A stretch of 37,086 nucleotides of DNA from a virus (IMGVR_UViG_2671180770_000020:1-37086); one strand, 5' to 3'. Positions 1 to 8,349 are shown, counted from the first letter of the stretch. The notes: generated from the sequence alone by a model not told the origin. Numbers and translations: made by a program.

Positions 1-243
1 ATGCGCCGTACAACCAGTACGTTGTTGCATGAGGCTGGTTATCCTTCAGACTGGATTGAAAAGGCTCTGGCACATGAGCAGAAAGGTGTGCGCGCCGTAT
101 ATAACAAAGCGGAATACGCCAGACAGCGCGCCTACATGTTGCAGCAGTGGGCCGATATGATTGATTCCTGGATTAACGGGGAGCATACGGATCTGATTCC
201 GTTCTCCCCGTCGAAGTTTGAGAAGTGGATGGCGGGGGAATAA
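1..243 (+). CDS. int: Tyrosine integrase, C-terminal fragment (5' part lies outside the window)
   Basis: ORF open from the window edge to TAA at 241-243; sequence ...HEAGYPSDWIEKALAHEQKGVRAVYNKAEY... resembles the C-terminal catalytic region (terminal Tyr) of P4/CP4-57-type integrases. Confidence 0.75.
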   Translation: MRRTTSTLLHEAGYPSDWIEKALAHEQKGVRAVYNKAEYARQRAYMLQQWADMIDSWINGEHTDLIPFSPSKFEKWMAGE

Positions 244-567
244 CGTTTCGCGATCCTTGCACGTTCAACATCACCAGAAGCAACATCCATACACTGAAGC
301 CAAAGGTGAGCGGCAATGCGGAACTGCCCTTTTTTCTCTCTTTCAATCGCGCGTTTTTCGATCTCTATCGCCGCAGGAGTAACGGCGACAATCTTTGACG
401 GACTACGCATTGAAACCTTATTCATGTGATATTTTTCAAGTCGGCTTAACTTTCTCACTTAATCCAACCCTCTCTTAAAATTAATGCCAGCAGATAAAGC
501 CATGCTGAAACAGAGGCCAGGAATAAGTACCATCCTGACCATTTGCTCCAGTGCCTTAGCAGCACAC

Positions 568-816
568 TCATGCAGCGTTGCTCACAGGACGATATACACG
601 TTGCTGAACAGGAGGCTTTTTACCCTGGAACTCTGCCGGGCTTGCTGCCTGACGTTCATCAAGCCAACGCTCAACTTCGTCACGGTTCCATGCGCAGCGT
701 TTGTCAGTGATATACCAGCGTTTAGGAAATTCACCTGCGCGCTCCATACGGTCGATAGTGCTCCATGACAGTGGCACCACCGCCAGGAGTTCCTTCTTAC
801 CTAATGCACCTTTCAT
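568..816 (-). CDS. AlpA/Xis-like excisionase or small DNA-binding regulator
   Basis: 82-aa ORF, ATG at 816 preceded by AGAGGT; sequence ...WSTIDRMERAGEFPKRWYI...WNRDEVERWL... fits the AlpA/MerR-like excisionase fold; sits next to int. Confidence 0.65.
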   Translation of the reverse strand: MKGALGKKELLAVVPLSWSTIDRMERAGEFPKRWYITDKRCAWNRDEVERWLDERQAASPAEFQGKKPPVQQRVYRPVSNAA

Positions 817-865
817 AAATACCTCTCTTGGTTGCAGTGCGGCGCGCGTGTCGCCGCGGTGGTGG

Positions 866-1807
866 TTACATAGATGTTTCGTTTAATTCTTCCCGACGAA
901 CGCTGTAAACGTCGGTGGCTTTTGCCAGCAGTTCGTCATCATCTGAAAGTTTTTGTGCAATGTATTTGTAAGCCTTATCCAGTTCGGAGACAGTGCTGTA
1001 ATTCATCGCTGCGCTGGTAAAGGCCATCAGCATTTCTTCTGGCTCACGGCTATCCGCTTTACGCGTTTGCTCATCAGGCTTTTTCACTGATTTAGCGTTG
1101 ATCAGACTGTTCATTCCCGCAGCAGTGGTCGTTTGCGGAGTAATGTCTCGCTCAACGCGCGGTGCCGTTTCCTGTAATTCGTCTGGTGTGTAGACGCCCA
1201 TGATTACGTCAGGACAGTGCAAGCGAGACCAGCGTTTTGTCGCAAGGTATGCGAGTTGTTGTTTCGGATCACTGGCCCAAAGTGTGGAGTTTCTTACCTG
1301 TGCTTGAGACAGCATTAACTCAAGCACTCGAGGTTGCTCCTCGCCCTTCATGGTTGCCCATACGCGAACACCGCAGCCTTCTTCGTCTTTTAGAGTCCAG
1401 CCTGGTGCGATATATGGATTGCCGTTTTTGGATGTTTTCTCAACAAACTTACCGATCACGCGTTCCCACGGCCCGAACCACTCGTAGTTGATGCGATCTT
1501 TTGTTGGCGACATCGTTGAGATAACTGCGTTTACTAATTGGGCTTCATAACCTAGCGTGCCGTTCACAACATGGGTTTTCTGAGCCACGGCAAACGGGTT
1601 CATTCCCCACTGCGCAGCCTGCATTGCCACGGCCATGCAATCAGCTGGTTTCCCGGCGAGGTGCGCCGGTACCGTTACGCGGCTTTGCGCCATTACCTCG
1701 GCGAATTTCATCAGTTGGTTCAAGCCGTCTGGGCTGAAAATAGTTGCAGCAGTTCCAGCGATTGCTGTGTCTACTGGTGCGTTGATGTTTGCGATGTCGT
1801 TGCTCAT
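866..1807 (-). CDS. Bet/RecT-family single-strand annealing recombinase
   Basis: ATG at 1807 overlaps the upstream stop (ATGA); C-terminal ...ERDITP... and central region resemble lambda Bet. An alternative GTG start at 1834 is possible. Confidence 0.65.
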   Translation of the reverse strand: MSNDIANINAPVDTAIAGTAATIFSPDGLNQLMKFAEVMAQSRVTVPAHLAGKPADCMAVAMQAAQWGMNPFAVAQKTHVVNGTLGYEAQLVNAVISTMSPTKDRINYEWFGPWERVIGKFVEKTSKNGNPYIAPGWTLKDEEGCGVRVWATMKGEEQPRVLELMLSQAQVRNSTLWASDPKQQLAYLATKRWSRLHCPDVIMGVYTPDELQETAPRVERDITPQTTTAAGMNSLINAKSVKKPDEQTRKADSREPEEMLMAFTSAAMNYSTVSELDKAYKYIAQKLSDDDELLAKATDVYSVRREELNETSM

Positions 1808-2625
1808 ATGTACATATCCTGTTTGCGTGCCCACTCAGGGCGTTTAATGATTTCCACACCGCCCCATTCATCGTTGATGCGGCATTCGTGATAGGTATTC
1901 AGATCCCGGCGGAACAGAGCGTGCCCGGCATCGACATCCGGCGCATCCAGCTCGAACACGCGTACCGGATACCGACCACAATCAATGCTTTCGCTCACGG
2001 CAAGAAAGAAAAAACCATGCGGCTGACCAGTAACTCTCATTGCGCCTTCGCGGTACATTGCGTCCTGCACGTGGTAGCGGAATTCCTCGATGTGACGTGC
2101 AAAACGGTCCATATCTGCAACCTTTTTCACGTCGACGATCACGTTGTGCTCGTTCAGCCATTTGTCTGGACGAATTCGGCACAACTCACCCGTATCTTCA
2201 TCGTTCCAGTACATTGATGCTTCGCAGTAACCAGGTGCTTCCAACATCCAGCGTGCCGCCGGATGAGCCATTGCGCTATCACGCATCAGCTCCAGTTTTC
2301 GCCACTGCTCGACATCAAGTACCGTAATACCCATATCCGCCACATCACGAAGAAATGCTTCTTCGTCAGCTTTACCTTGTTTTGTCCGACGATCGAATTT
2401 CGGTGAAACGATGAAGCGTTTGTCGAATTCTCCAGGTTCCAGAAGCAGGCAGTGCAATGCGGTTCCCATATCCAGTGCAGACTTTTTCTCTTCGTCTTCT
2501 GGTGCTGCCTGAACCCATTTAAGAAGCGCCGGATTCTTGGCAACCATGTCCAGTTGCGACTTACTCACGCCGTCACCGGCGTGGTAGTCCTCATTGCTGA
2601 TGTCGAAATAGATGCCAGTATTCAT
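1804..2625 (-). CDS. Phage recombination exonuclease (PD-(D/E)XK, YqaJ/lambda-Exo-like)
   Basis: 273-aa ORF immediately upstream of and translationally coupled to the Bet/RecT-like gene; contains D...E.K-type motifs (e.g. DVKKV). Confidence 0.6.
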   Translation of the reverse strand: MNTGIYFDISNEDYHAGDGVSKSQLDMVAKNPALLKWVQAAPEDEEKKSALDMGTALHCLLLEPGEFDKRFIVSPKFDRRTKQGKADEEAFLRDVADMGITVLDVEQWRKLELMRDSAMAHPAARWMLEAPGYCEASMYWNDEDTGELCRIRPDKWLNEHNVIVDVKKVADMDRFARHIEEFRYHVQDAMYREGAMRVTGQPHGFFFLAVSESIDCGRYPVRVFELDAPDVDAGHALFRRDLNTYHECRINDEWGGVEIIKRPEWARKQDMYI

Positions 2626-2828
2626 AACTTAACCTTGTATTCGTTCTGCTTGTTGGAACGGGTTCCATCGTGGAAATATATTGCGCTCCTGGTTACCTCT
2701 ACCCATTTGCGACGTTCAAGCTCAGCGATGAACCAAGAAACCTTCGATCTTGAGATACCAAGAATCTTTGCCATATCTCGGATGCTGTGTTTTCCACCTC
2801 GCAGCAATGAGAGGAGTGTTGGTTTCAT
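2622..2828 (-). CDS. Small HTH DNA-binding protein
   Basis: 68-aa ORF, ATGA overlaps on both sides; helix-turn-helix-like segment ...IRDMAKILGISRSKVSWFI... Confidence 0.5.
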   Translation of the reverse strand: MKPTLLSLLRGGKHSIRDMAKILGISRSKVSWFIAELERRKWVEVTRSAIYFHDGTRSNKQNEYKVKL

Positions 2829-3124
2829 GCCGCGTCCCTCTGCCCATCAAGCTGATCAGCCAGATCCCAGCGGGCGATAATTGCCATTGCCTCGCGCCGG
2901 TAGGCATCCATTAGTTCTTCGAACTCAGGGCTGTCTTTAGCGGCCTCCAGTACTTCCTGGCGAACGCCTTTAACTGTTACAACGTCGAAAGTTGATGCCA
3001 GTTGATGAAGCCGGATACTCTCAATCAGTTCAACTTGTCGGTCATATAGCTGTTCTGACAGACGGTAGTCCTTGTCGAATGCCAGCATGATTTTTTGAAG
3101 ATTTTTCTGCTGATTAACGTTCAT
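2825..3124 (-). CDS. Hypothetical early protein
   Basis: ORF in the leftward operon; start chosen at ATG 3124 (GGGAGGG 7 nt upstream, and the upstream small ORF stops 2 nt before it). An in-frame ATG at 3139 is the alternative. Confidence 0.5.
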   Translation of the reverse strand: MNVNQQKNLQKIMLAFDKDYRLSEQLYDRQVELIESIRLHQLASTFDVVTVKGVRQEVLEAAKDSPEFEELMDAYRREAMAIIARWDLADQLDGQRDAA

Positions 3125-3126
3125 TA

Positions 3127-3279
3127 TCAGCCCTCCCATATCTCGTTATCGTTGGCCACATCGCGAGCTTCTTTGCTGACGAAAGCCCACTTAATGCCTT
3201 CCTGTAAGGTGCGGAACTTCCAGCTCATGAATCCGCATGCAGTAACGCAGTACCAACCGTTGATGATTTTCCACTGCAT
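3127..3279 (-). CDS. Small hypothetical protein (50 aa), first ORF of the leftward early operon
   Basis: Hand-translated ORF MQWKIINGWYCVTACGF...NEIWEG, stop TGA at 3127-3129 two nt before the next start; not in the ORF track because it is under 60 aa. Confidence 0.3.
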   Translation of the reverse strand: MQWKIINGWYCVTACGFMSWKFRTLQEGIKWAFVSKEARDVANDNEIWEG

Positions 3280-3298
3280 AACTTGTTACCTCGGTCTG

Positions 3299-3375
3299 TT
3301 ACCGTTGAGGTAATAATTATGCTTATTTGGTTTGGTGTCAATAGATATGAGTTAAAAAAATTACCCGTAAGGTAA
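3299..3375. promoter_or_regulatory. Left operator/promoter region: two perfect TTACC-N5-GGTAA palindromes (3299-3313, 3361-3375) bracketing a putative leftward promoter
   Basis: Minus-strand TTGACA at 3336-3341 with a TAATTA/AATTAT -10 candidate at about 3313-3319; one palindrome overlaps the -10, the other lies upstream of the -35. Confidence 0.55.
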
Positions 3376-3386
3376 TCTATCTGGCA

Positions 3387-3410
3387 ATAAAAAAGCCGCC
3401 ATGAGGCGGC
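3387..3410 (-). terminator. Intrinsic terminator after the repressor gene
   Basis: Minus-strand hairpin GCCGCC-loop-GGCGGC followed by a T-run (A-run 3387-3394 on the plus strand), 23 nt past the repressor stop. Confidence 0.6.
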
Positions 3411-3432
3411 TTACTTACTGAAAAATATAGTT

Positions 3433-4017
3433 TTATTGTTTGCTTTTTTCGTTCTGGTTGATGACAAATTCAATGTAACTTTCGATCTTTGCTTTCTCGG
3501 TTTCGGGTAACAATGCGTAGCGTGAGCGGTCATAGTTGATAGTCGCAGGGTCGTGCGGGTGAATCAGTAGTTCATATCCGTGACGCCCGAATGCGGATGC
3601 AACATTCTCCAGGGTGGAAATGGAAACGCTGACCTCATTGTTTAACAGGCGACTGATTGTCACCTGGGCGACGCCGGATGCGCGGTGAAGTTTTCCCTGC
3701 GTTGAAAGGTCGCGGCTTTCGCTCATCCAGCGTTCCAGGTTGTGAGCCGCCAGCTGACCAATGTCGCTTGGGCCGACAGGCTGAAAACCTTCCTGAGAAA
3801 GCGAGCGATCGATATCAAGCCAGTTACGGGGTTTATTGGCGGCAGCTTCAATTTTTCGCGCAACCTGGTCGCCGATAACCTTCTTGCCAAGAGCCCAGCG
3901 GTTTACCAGATTTGCCTGAGTTCCAAGTTTTTCTGCCATCCGCGTCTGAACACCATTGAATTCACGGTCGATCAAGTCGTTGAGATTTTGCCTGCGGACG
4001 TCCTGGATACTTTTCAT
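3433..4017 (-). CDS. Prophage repressor (CI-like) with HTH_XRE domain(s) and no S24/LexA-type peptidase domain
   Basis: 194 aa; N-terminal Cro/CI-type HTH (...QTRMAEKLGTQANLVNRWALGKK...); a second HTH-like segment (...VTISRLLNNEVSVSISTLENVASAFG...); no Ala-Gly cleavage site or Ser/Lys peptidase motif seen; divergent from the cro-like gene. Confidence 0.7.
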   Translation of the reverse strand: MKSIQDVRRQNLNDLIDREFNGVQTRMAEKLGTQANLVNRWALGKKVIGDQVARKIEAAANKPRNWLDIDRSLSQEGFQPVGPSDIGQLAAHNLERWMSESRDLSTQGKLHRASGVAQVTISRLLNNEVSVSISTLENVASAFGRHGYELLIHPHDPATINYDRSRYALLPETEKAKIESYIEFVINQNEKSKQ

Positions 4018-4072
4018 TTTCTGGAAAATCGCCTCATATATGAATCAGTAGATGATTCAATTTAAAGCAATA

Positions 4073-4135
4073 TTACCCAACAGGTAAATGCACCCCACAG
4101 GTAACTATCCTTGATTTTTGTTACCTTATGGGTGA
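4073..4135. promoter_or_regulatory. Right operator/promoter region: TTACC-N5-GGTAA at 4073-4087, GGTAA half-site at 4100-4104, near-palindrome TTACCttatgGGTgA at 4121-4135
   Basis: Putative rightward promoter TTGATT (4111-4116), 17-nt spacer, GAATAT (4134-4139); the 4121-4135 site sits between -35 and -10. Confidence 0.55.
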
Positions 4136-4171
4136 ATATTTATTATCTGAAATAAATATCAGGCAATAGCT

Positions 4172-4402
4172 ATGAGCGATAACGGACATTTCGATTTCAA
4201 AAAGCACTGGCTTGCACTTACTCCGGATGAGCGTGAAGCCTTCGCACAGGAAGCCGGAACGACGAGTCACTATATCCAGACTCACTTAACAGGTAAGCGC
4301 AAAATGCCAGGTAAGGTATTGATGAATGGGCTTTTTAAAGCCTGTAAAACAAGACAATGGCTGCGCTCAAAAGCAGAATTGGCATACTTCTTCTACTCAT
4401 GA
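4172..4402 (+). CDS. Cro-like small DNA-binding protein (first rightward early gene)
   Basis: 76-aa ORF divergent from the repressor; HTH-like ...REAFAQEAGTTSHYIQTHLTGKRK... Confidence 0.5.
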   Translation: MSDNGHFDFKKHWLALTPDEREAFAQEAGTTSHYIQTHLTGKRKMPGKVLMNGLFKACKTRQWLRSKAELAYFFYS

Positions 4403-4424
4403 TATCCAGCCACAACCCTCTGTA

Positions 4425-4448
4425 GACCGCCATCCGGCGGTCTTTTCA
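4425..4448 (+). terminator. Intrinsic terminator just downstream of the cro-like gene (tR1-like position)
   Basis: GACCGCC-atcc-GGCGGTC followed by TTTTCAT. Confidence 0.55.
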
Positions 4449-4457
4449 TATCTATTC

Positions 4458-4472
4458 GTACCTCAAAGGTAA
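4458..4472. promoter_or_regulatory. Near-perfect copy of the palindrome (gTACCtcaaaGGTAA)
   Basis: Directly downstream of the 4425-4448 terminator and upstream of the 4553 gene. Confidence 0.4.
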
Positions 4473-4552
4473 TAAAAAACCAAATCTGGTTGATCTTTTT
4501 TTTGTGTCAGCACAAAATGACCGTAATCCCAATACTAATAACAGGGCTTACC

Positions 4553-4753
4553 ATGGAAATCATTACACGTATTGATGCCGCAAAGCGCGGACTTAAACGC
4601 TACTACACCGGAAAAACATGTAAGCACGGACATGACAGTGAACGCTGGGTTTACAACGGACACTGTGTTGAGTGCACCATGGAATCAAACCGTCGTATCA
4701 GGGCAGAGATTAAGCAGATCATGATTAATTCCTCCCCACAACATTCAAGCTGA
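4553..4753 (+). CDS. Small Cys/His-rich (zinc-finger-like) protein
   Basis: 66 aa from ATG 4553; CKHGHDSERWVYNGHCVEC motif. Alternative starts at 4517 or 4490. Confidence 0.4.
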   Translation: MEIITRIDAAKRGLKRYYTGKTCKHGHDSERWVYNGHCVECTMESNRRIRAEIKQIMINSSPQHSS

Positions 4754-4768
4754 TAGCGGAGATTAATC

Positions 4769-5584
4769 ATGAGCAGACATGCAACAGATTGGGCCTGGGA
4801 GACAGATCCAGGTAGCTCATCATTAAAGCTCATACTGCTCTCGATGGCTGACAGAGCCGATGAATATAACCTCTGCTACCCCAGCATAGAACGCCTCGTT
4901 AAAGACACTTGCCTGAATAAAAAAACCGTGCAGGCCGGGCTTATATCGCTCATGAAAATGGGGCTTATTTCAGATACCGGAGAGAGAAAGGGAGCGACAA
5001 AAAGAGTGCGGGTTTTCTCTCTTAATATAACCAAAAACGGGAACATTAAAGGCAACCGGGAGGGGGGCAATGAACCCGAAAACGGTAATGTTACCGAAAA
5101 CGGGAATATACCCAAAAACGGGATGTTGAATGATCCCAAAAACGGGATGTTGAATGATCCCAAAAACGGGATCCAGAACCAGTCATATAACCAGTCATTT
5201 AACCAAGAGAGGGAGAGCAGGACAAAAAGCGGGGATTCTGTGCCTCATGACCCCGGAGCAAACAACGCCGTGATGAATAACTTTGTTCCTCCTGGTGGGC
5301 CAGGGCAATTAGGCAAATTTGTCATGCATGAACAATGGCAGCCATCAGATGACTTTCTTCGGAAAAGCTCATTGCAGGGGATCTACCTGGACAGTCTGCC
5401 AACGGCACAGGAACTTGCAGAGTTCAGAATTTACTGGATGGCTGAGGGTAAGGCATACCATCAGGCACAGTGGGAGCAGAAGCTGGCAAGGCGGCTGCAG
5501 ATTAGCAGACAGAAGCAATCAACATTACCTGATAACAACGTTCCGCACTGGAACAGCCCTGAAGCATGGGAGGATTTCTTGTGA
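4769..5584 (+). CDS. Replication initiator (lambda O-like; iterons lie inside the gene)
   Basis: 271 aa, GGAG before ATG 4769; coding sequence contains the iteron array and is followed by the P-like gene, as in lambdoid ori/O/P modules. Confidence 0.6.
   Translation: MSRHATDWAWETDPGSSSLKLILLSMADRADEYNLCYPSIERLVKDTCLNKKTVQAGLISLMKMGLISDTGERKGATKRVRVFSLNITKNGNIKGNREGGNEPENGNVTENGNIPKNGMLNDPKNGMLNDPKNGIQNQSYNQSFNQERESRTKSGDSVPHDPGANNAVMNNFVPPGGPGQLGKFVMHEQWQPSDDFLRKSSLQGIYLDSLPTAQELAEFRIYWMAEGKAYHQAQWEQKLARRLQISRQKQSTLPDNNVPHWNSPEAWEDFL
5031..5170. repeat. Iteron array (putative origin of replication)
   Basis: Six copies of CC(C/G)AAAACGG(G/T) at about 5031, 5076, 5094, 5111, 5135, 5159; the last three have 24-bp periodicity (cccaaaaacgggatgttgaatgat x2), followed by an A/T-richer stretch. 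Confidence 0.6.
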
Positions 5585-6366
5585 ACAACGTTTTTACCGC
5601 GATACAAAACCGTGACGGAGAAGCCCTTTCTCGCATGTCAGGTTATGAGCATCAGTACGTCAACAATGACAATGTGGTGAACATGTCAGCAGAGAGGCTT
5701 GTTGATGCCCTTTTCAAACAGCTGAAACAGCTGTTTCCGGCGGCAGTGGTAACCAACCTGAAGACGCCAGAGCAGGAAGTTGCTGCAAAACAGCAGTGGA
5801 TTGCTGCGTTTGCCGAAGGTGGGATCCGAACCCGTGAACAGGTTTCTGCTGGTATGCGCCACGCCCGCGCCAGTGAATCTCCGTTCTGGCCGTCGCCTGG
5901 GCAATTCATCAAGTGGTGTAAAGACAGCAAGATGGTTCTTGGCGTCACCATTGACGATGTGATGGCGGAGTTTCACCGGTACAGCAAGGAAAAAAGTTTA
6001 TATCCTGGTGGTCCCGAAAGATTCCCGTGGCGACATCCGGTTATGTACTGGGTCGTATGTGATACCCGCCGTGCAATGTATCAGCGCCAGCTTAGCGAGA
6101 TTGAGGTTGAGAAACACGCGCGCAGGCTGCTCGATGATTGGGCGAAAAAGGTAGCTTCCGGACAGCAGATACCCGATCCGGTGATCAGCATACAGGCAAA
6201 GCCAGAGCCCATGAGTACACCTCCGGACACAGGGAGAGACGTTTACCATCCACCAGGGCGAAGTTTCGGGTGCATGCCTAACGCCGCCACCCTTGGGGGA
6301 ATAACACCGGCGCAGTGGCTGATGGAGGAATACAGGCGGGGAAAGGCGGCAGGATTTATCAAGTAA
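5581..6366 (+). CDS. Replication protein P-like (DnaB helicase loader)
   Basis: Central region ...QWIAAFAEGGIRTREQVSAGMRHARASESPFWPSPGQFIKWCK... matches remembered lambda P (...QWVLAFRENGITTMEQVNAGMRVARRQNRPFLPSPGQFVAWCR...). Start set at GTG 5581 (GGGAGGA upstream, GTGA overlap); ATG 5566 is the alternative. Confidence 0.75.
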   Translation: MNNVFTAIQNRDGEALSRMSGYEHQYVNNDNVVNMSAERLVDALFKQLKQLFPAAVVTNLKTPEQEVAAKQQWIAAFAEGGIRTREQVSAGMRHARASESPFWPSPGQFIKWCKDSKMVLGVTIDDVMAEFHRYSKEKSLYPGGPERFPWRHPVMYWVVCDTRRAMYQRQLSEIEVEKHARRLLDDWAKKVASGQQIPDPVISIQAKPEPMSTPPDTGRDVYHPPGRSFGCMPNAATLGGITPAQWLMEEYRRGKAAGFIK

Positions 6367-6371
6367 TACCA

Positions 6372-6391
6372 GCGCGATAGCGCATTTTTTT
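6372..6391 (+). terminator. Weak intrinsic terminator after the P-like gene
   Basis: GCGC-gata-GCGC followed by ATTTTTTT; the stem is only 4 bp. Confidence 0.35.
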
Positions 6392-6403
6392 ACGTCTATA
6401 TGA

Positions 6404-6480
6404 TTACCTTATAGGTAATAAAATATTCTAATTTCTATTGATTTCATGTCTTATGTGGTTTTTAATTACCTAAGGGGTAA
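6404..6480. promoter_or_regulatory. Two perfect TTACC-N5-GGTAA palindromes (6404-6418, 6466-6480) upstream of the 6484 gene
   Basis: The second copy ends 3 nt before the ATG and overlaps the ribosome-binding region. Confidence 0.5.
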
Positions 6481-6483
6481 ATC

Positions 6484-6828
6484 ATGAGAAAACAGATACA
6501 GGCTCTTGGTCGACTCAAAACAGGCCAGATGAACAAAACAGAATCTGCGTATTGCCAGCACCTTGAGCTGCGTAAACGTGCAGGAGAAATCGTCTGGTAT
6601 CGATTTGAGGGTATCAAGTTGCGGTTAGCTGACAACACGTTCTATACGCCAGATTTTGCTGTGATGCTCGCCACCGGTGAGATGGAACTGCACGAAGTGA
6701 AAGGTTTCTGGACCGACGACGCCAGGGTGAAAACCAAAGTCGCCGCAGATCAGTATCCGTTCCGAATCATCGGGGTAACGGTTAAACCAAAGAAAGCAGG
6801 TGGTGGCTGGAACATCGAAGAGTTCTGA
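6484..6828 (+). CDS. DUF1064-like phage protein with a PD-(D/E)XK-type motif (putative nuclease/resolvase)
   Basis: 114 aa; ...FYTPDFAVML...ELHEVKGF... gives a D-x(n)-E-x-K signature. Confidence 0.5.
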   Translation: MRKQIQALGRLKTGQMNKTESAYCQHLELRKRAGEIVWYRFEGIKLRLADNTFYTPDFAVMLATGEMELHEVKGFWTDDARVKTKVAADQYPFRIIGVTVKPKKAGGGWNIEEF

Positions 6829-6889
6829 ATCGACGATCTTTTTAGTTATCAATGTAATCAATAAGTTATGTGGATAAGCGAGGATAAAT

Positions 6890-7477
6890 ATGGACGGTAA
6901 TATCAAGGGGTTAGTTTCCGCCGGGCATGAGATGGCTTCGGAACTGAAAGCAGAATGTGGTGCCGTTGATATGCGCAGTGTGGCAAAGCTGATCAGCGAT
7001 TTGGCAACGCAACTGGAAGTGCAATTGGTGCGTGCTAATGCGCTGGCCGAAGACCAGCAGAAAGCGATTGAGTCAATTAAGCAGGCTGATGCGGCTGTTA
7101 AGTTGGCACACGAGAAGTTTTCGGCGCTGGCGGCGGAGAATGCGGGGCTGAAGTCTGATATTCCACTTGGTGCCATCGAGAATGGCAGAGCGTTTGCAGA
7201 CCGTTTAGAGAATTACCAGTTCGAGTGTGAAGGCGGAAATCTAAACATGTGCAGTGATTGGCAGGAGTTTCGCCGTTGCTTCGAGTACTTATCTGAATGG
7301 GCAATGCATAGCCAGACAGAGCACCCAGCCACCGACGCTTTCATGGCTGAAATTCGTGCGCAGGGCGTGGAGATGGCTATGGAGCATATGCAGTCGAGCG
7401 GTTCGTTAACATTTGGAGATTGCTACATATCACTTAACGAGTTCGCCGCCCAGCTTCGCAAAGGAGGCAACCAGTGA
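6890..7477 (+). CDS. Hypothetical early protein (Ead/Ea22-like by recollection)
   Basis: 195-aa acidic ORF, AGGA before ATG 6890. Confidence 0.45.
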   Translation: MDGNIKGLVSAGHEMASELKAECGAVDMRSVAKLISDLATQLEVQLVRANALAEDQQKAIESIKQADAAVKLAHEKFSALAAENAGLKSDIPLGAIENGRAFADRLENYQFECEGGNLNMCSDWQEFRRCFEYLSEWAMHSQTEHPATDAFMAEIRAQGVEMAMEHMQSSGSLTFGDCYISLNEFAAQLRKGGNQ

Positions 7478-8154
7478 GAGAAATTAATTACCAGGCACTG
7501 CGTGAGGCGGCAGAGCAGGCAATGCATGACGACTGGGGATTTGACGCAGACCTTTTCCATGAATTGGTAACACCATCGATTGTGCTGGAACTACTGGATG
7601 AACGGGAAAGAAACCAGCAATACATCAAACGCCGCGACCAGGAGAACGAGGATATTGCGCTAACGGTAGGGAAGCTGCGTGTTGAGCTTGAGGAAGTAAA
7701 ACAACACGCTGAAGAATTATCCGAAACCAAGGCTGTTCGTAACCAATGGCGGCCAGATATTTGCCCAATAACCGGACGTGCATTTTTCATGTGGATTGAG
7801 CATCCAACATTGGGAAATGTGCCGACATATGGTGGCCCATTAGATAGTTACACCATTCCAACAAAGGACGGTGACGGTGAGTTTTCATGTGAGCGTTACG
7901 ATCATGATTTTGGCGGTTGGGTAGAAAGCGAATGTCTTGGGTTATATCTGATTGATGATAGAGAACAATGCAGGGTCTACGAACTGGAGGAACGCGTTAA
8001 GGAACTGGATGCTCGGGAAATATCGCTCCCGGAACGTAGCAGCATGCTTCATCGAACAGATTTTCACGATGATTACCAAACGGTAATGGCATACAAAGTT
8101 TCTGAAGTCATCGCTGCAATCCGCGCCGCAGGCATTCGCATCAAAGGAGAGTGA
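7474..8154 (+). CDS. Hypothetical early protein (Ead/Ea22-like by recollection)
   Basis: 226 aa; GTG start 7474 with AAGGAGG 6 nt upstream, overlapping the previous stop. Confidence 0.45.
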   Translation: MREINYQALREAAEQAMHDDWGFDADLFHELVTPSIVLELLDERERNQQYIKRRDQENEDIALTVGKLRVELEEVKQHAEELSETKAVRNQWRPDICPITGRAFFMWIEHPTLGNVPTYGGPLDSYTIPTKDGDGEFSCERYDHDFGGWVESECLGLYLIDDREQCRVYELEERVKELDAREISLPERSSMLHRTDFHDDYQTVMAYKVSEVIAAIRAAGIRIKGE

Positions 8155-8155
8155 G

Positions 8156-8347
8156 ATGGACGGACAAATATCAATCGTTCGACCAGGAGCATGTGACGAT
8201 CGCGAAATACGAATAATTATTCGTCTGGCAATGGGGAGAGCAATAACTGCTCTCATTACCCCAGAAAATCTCGCATTAGCATTAACAGGAAAGTCAGACC
8301 TGCCAGTAGAGCTAAAGCTGCGAAATGTTGAGATTAAGGTGAAATAG
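8156..8347 (+). CDS. Small hypothetical protein
   Basis: 63-aa ORF tightly packed in the operon. Confidence 0.4.
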   Translation: MDGQISIVRPGACDDREIRIIIRLAMGRAITALITPENLALALTGKSDLPVELKLRNVEIKVK

Positions 8348-8349
8348 CT

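Noticed and set aside
5084-5095. GGTAAtgTTACC inside the iteron region as another operator copy
   Set aside because: Half-sites are in the opposite (outward) orientation with a 2-bp spacer and lie inside coding sequence; it does not fit the TTACC-N5-GGTAA architecture.
6625-7176. 183-aa minus-strand ORF spanning the 6484-6828 and 6890-7477 genes
   Set aside because: Crosses an intergenic region and two sense-strand genes; no ribosome-binding site; low-complexity Ser/Ala-rich product.
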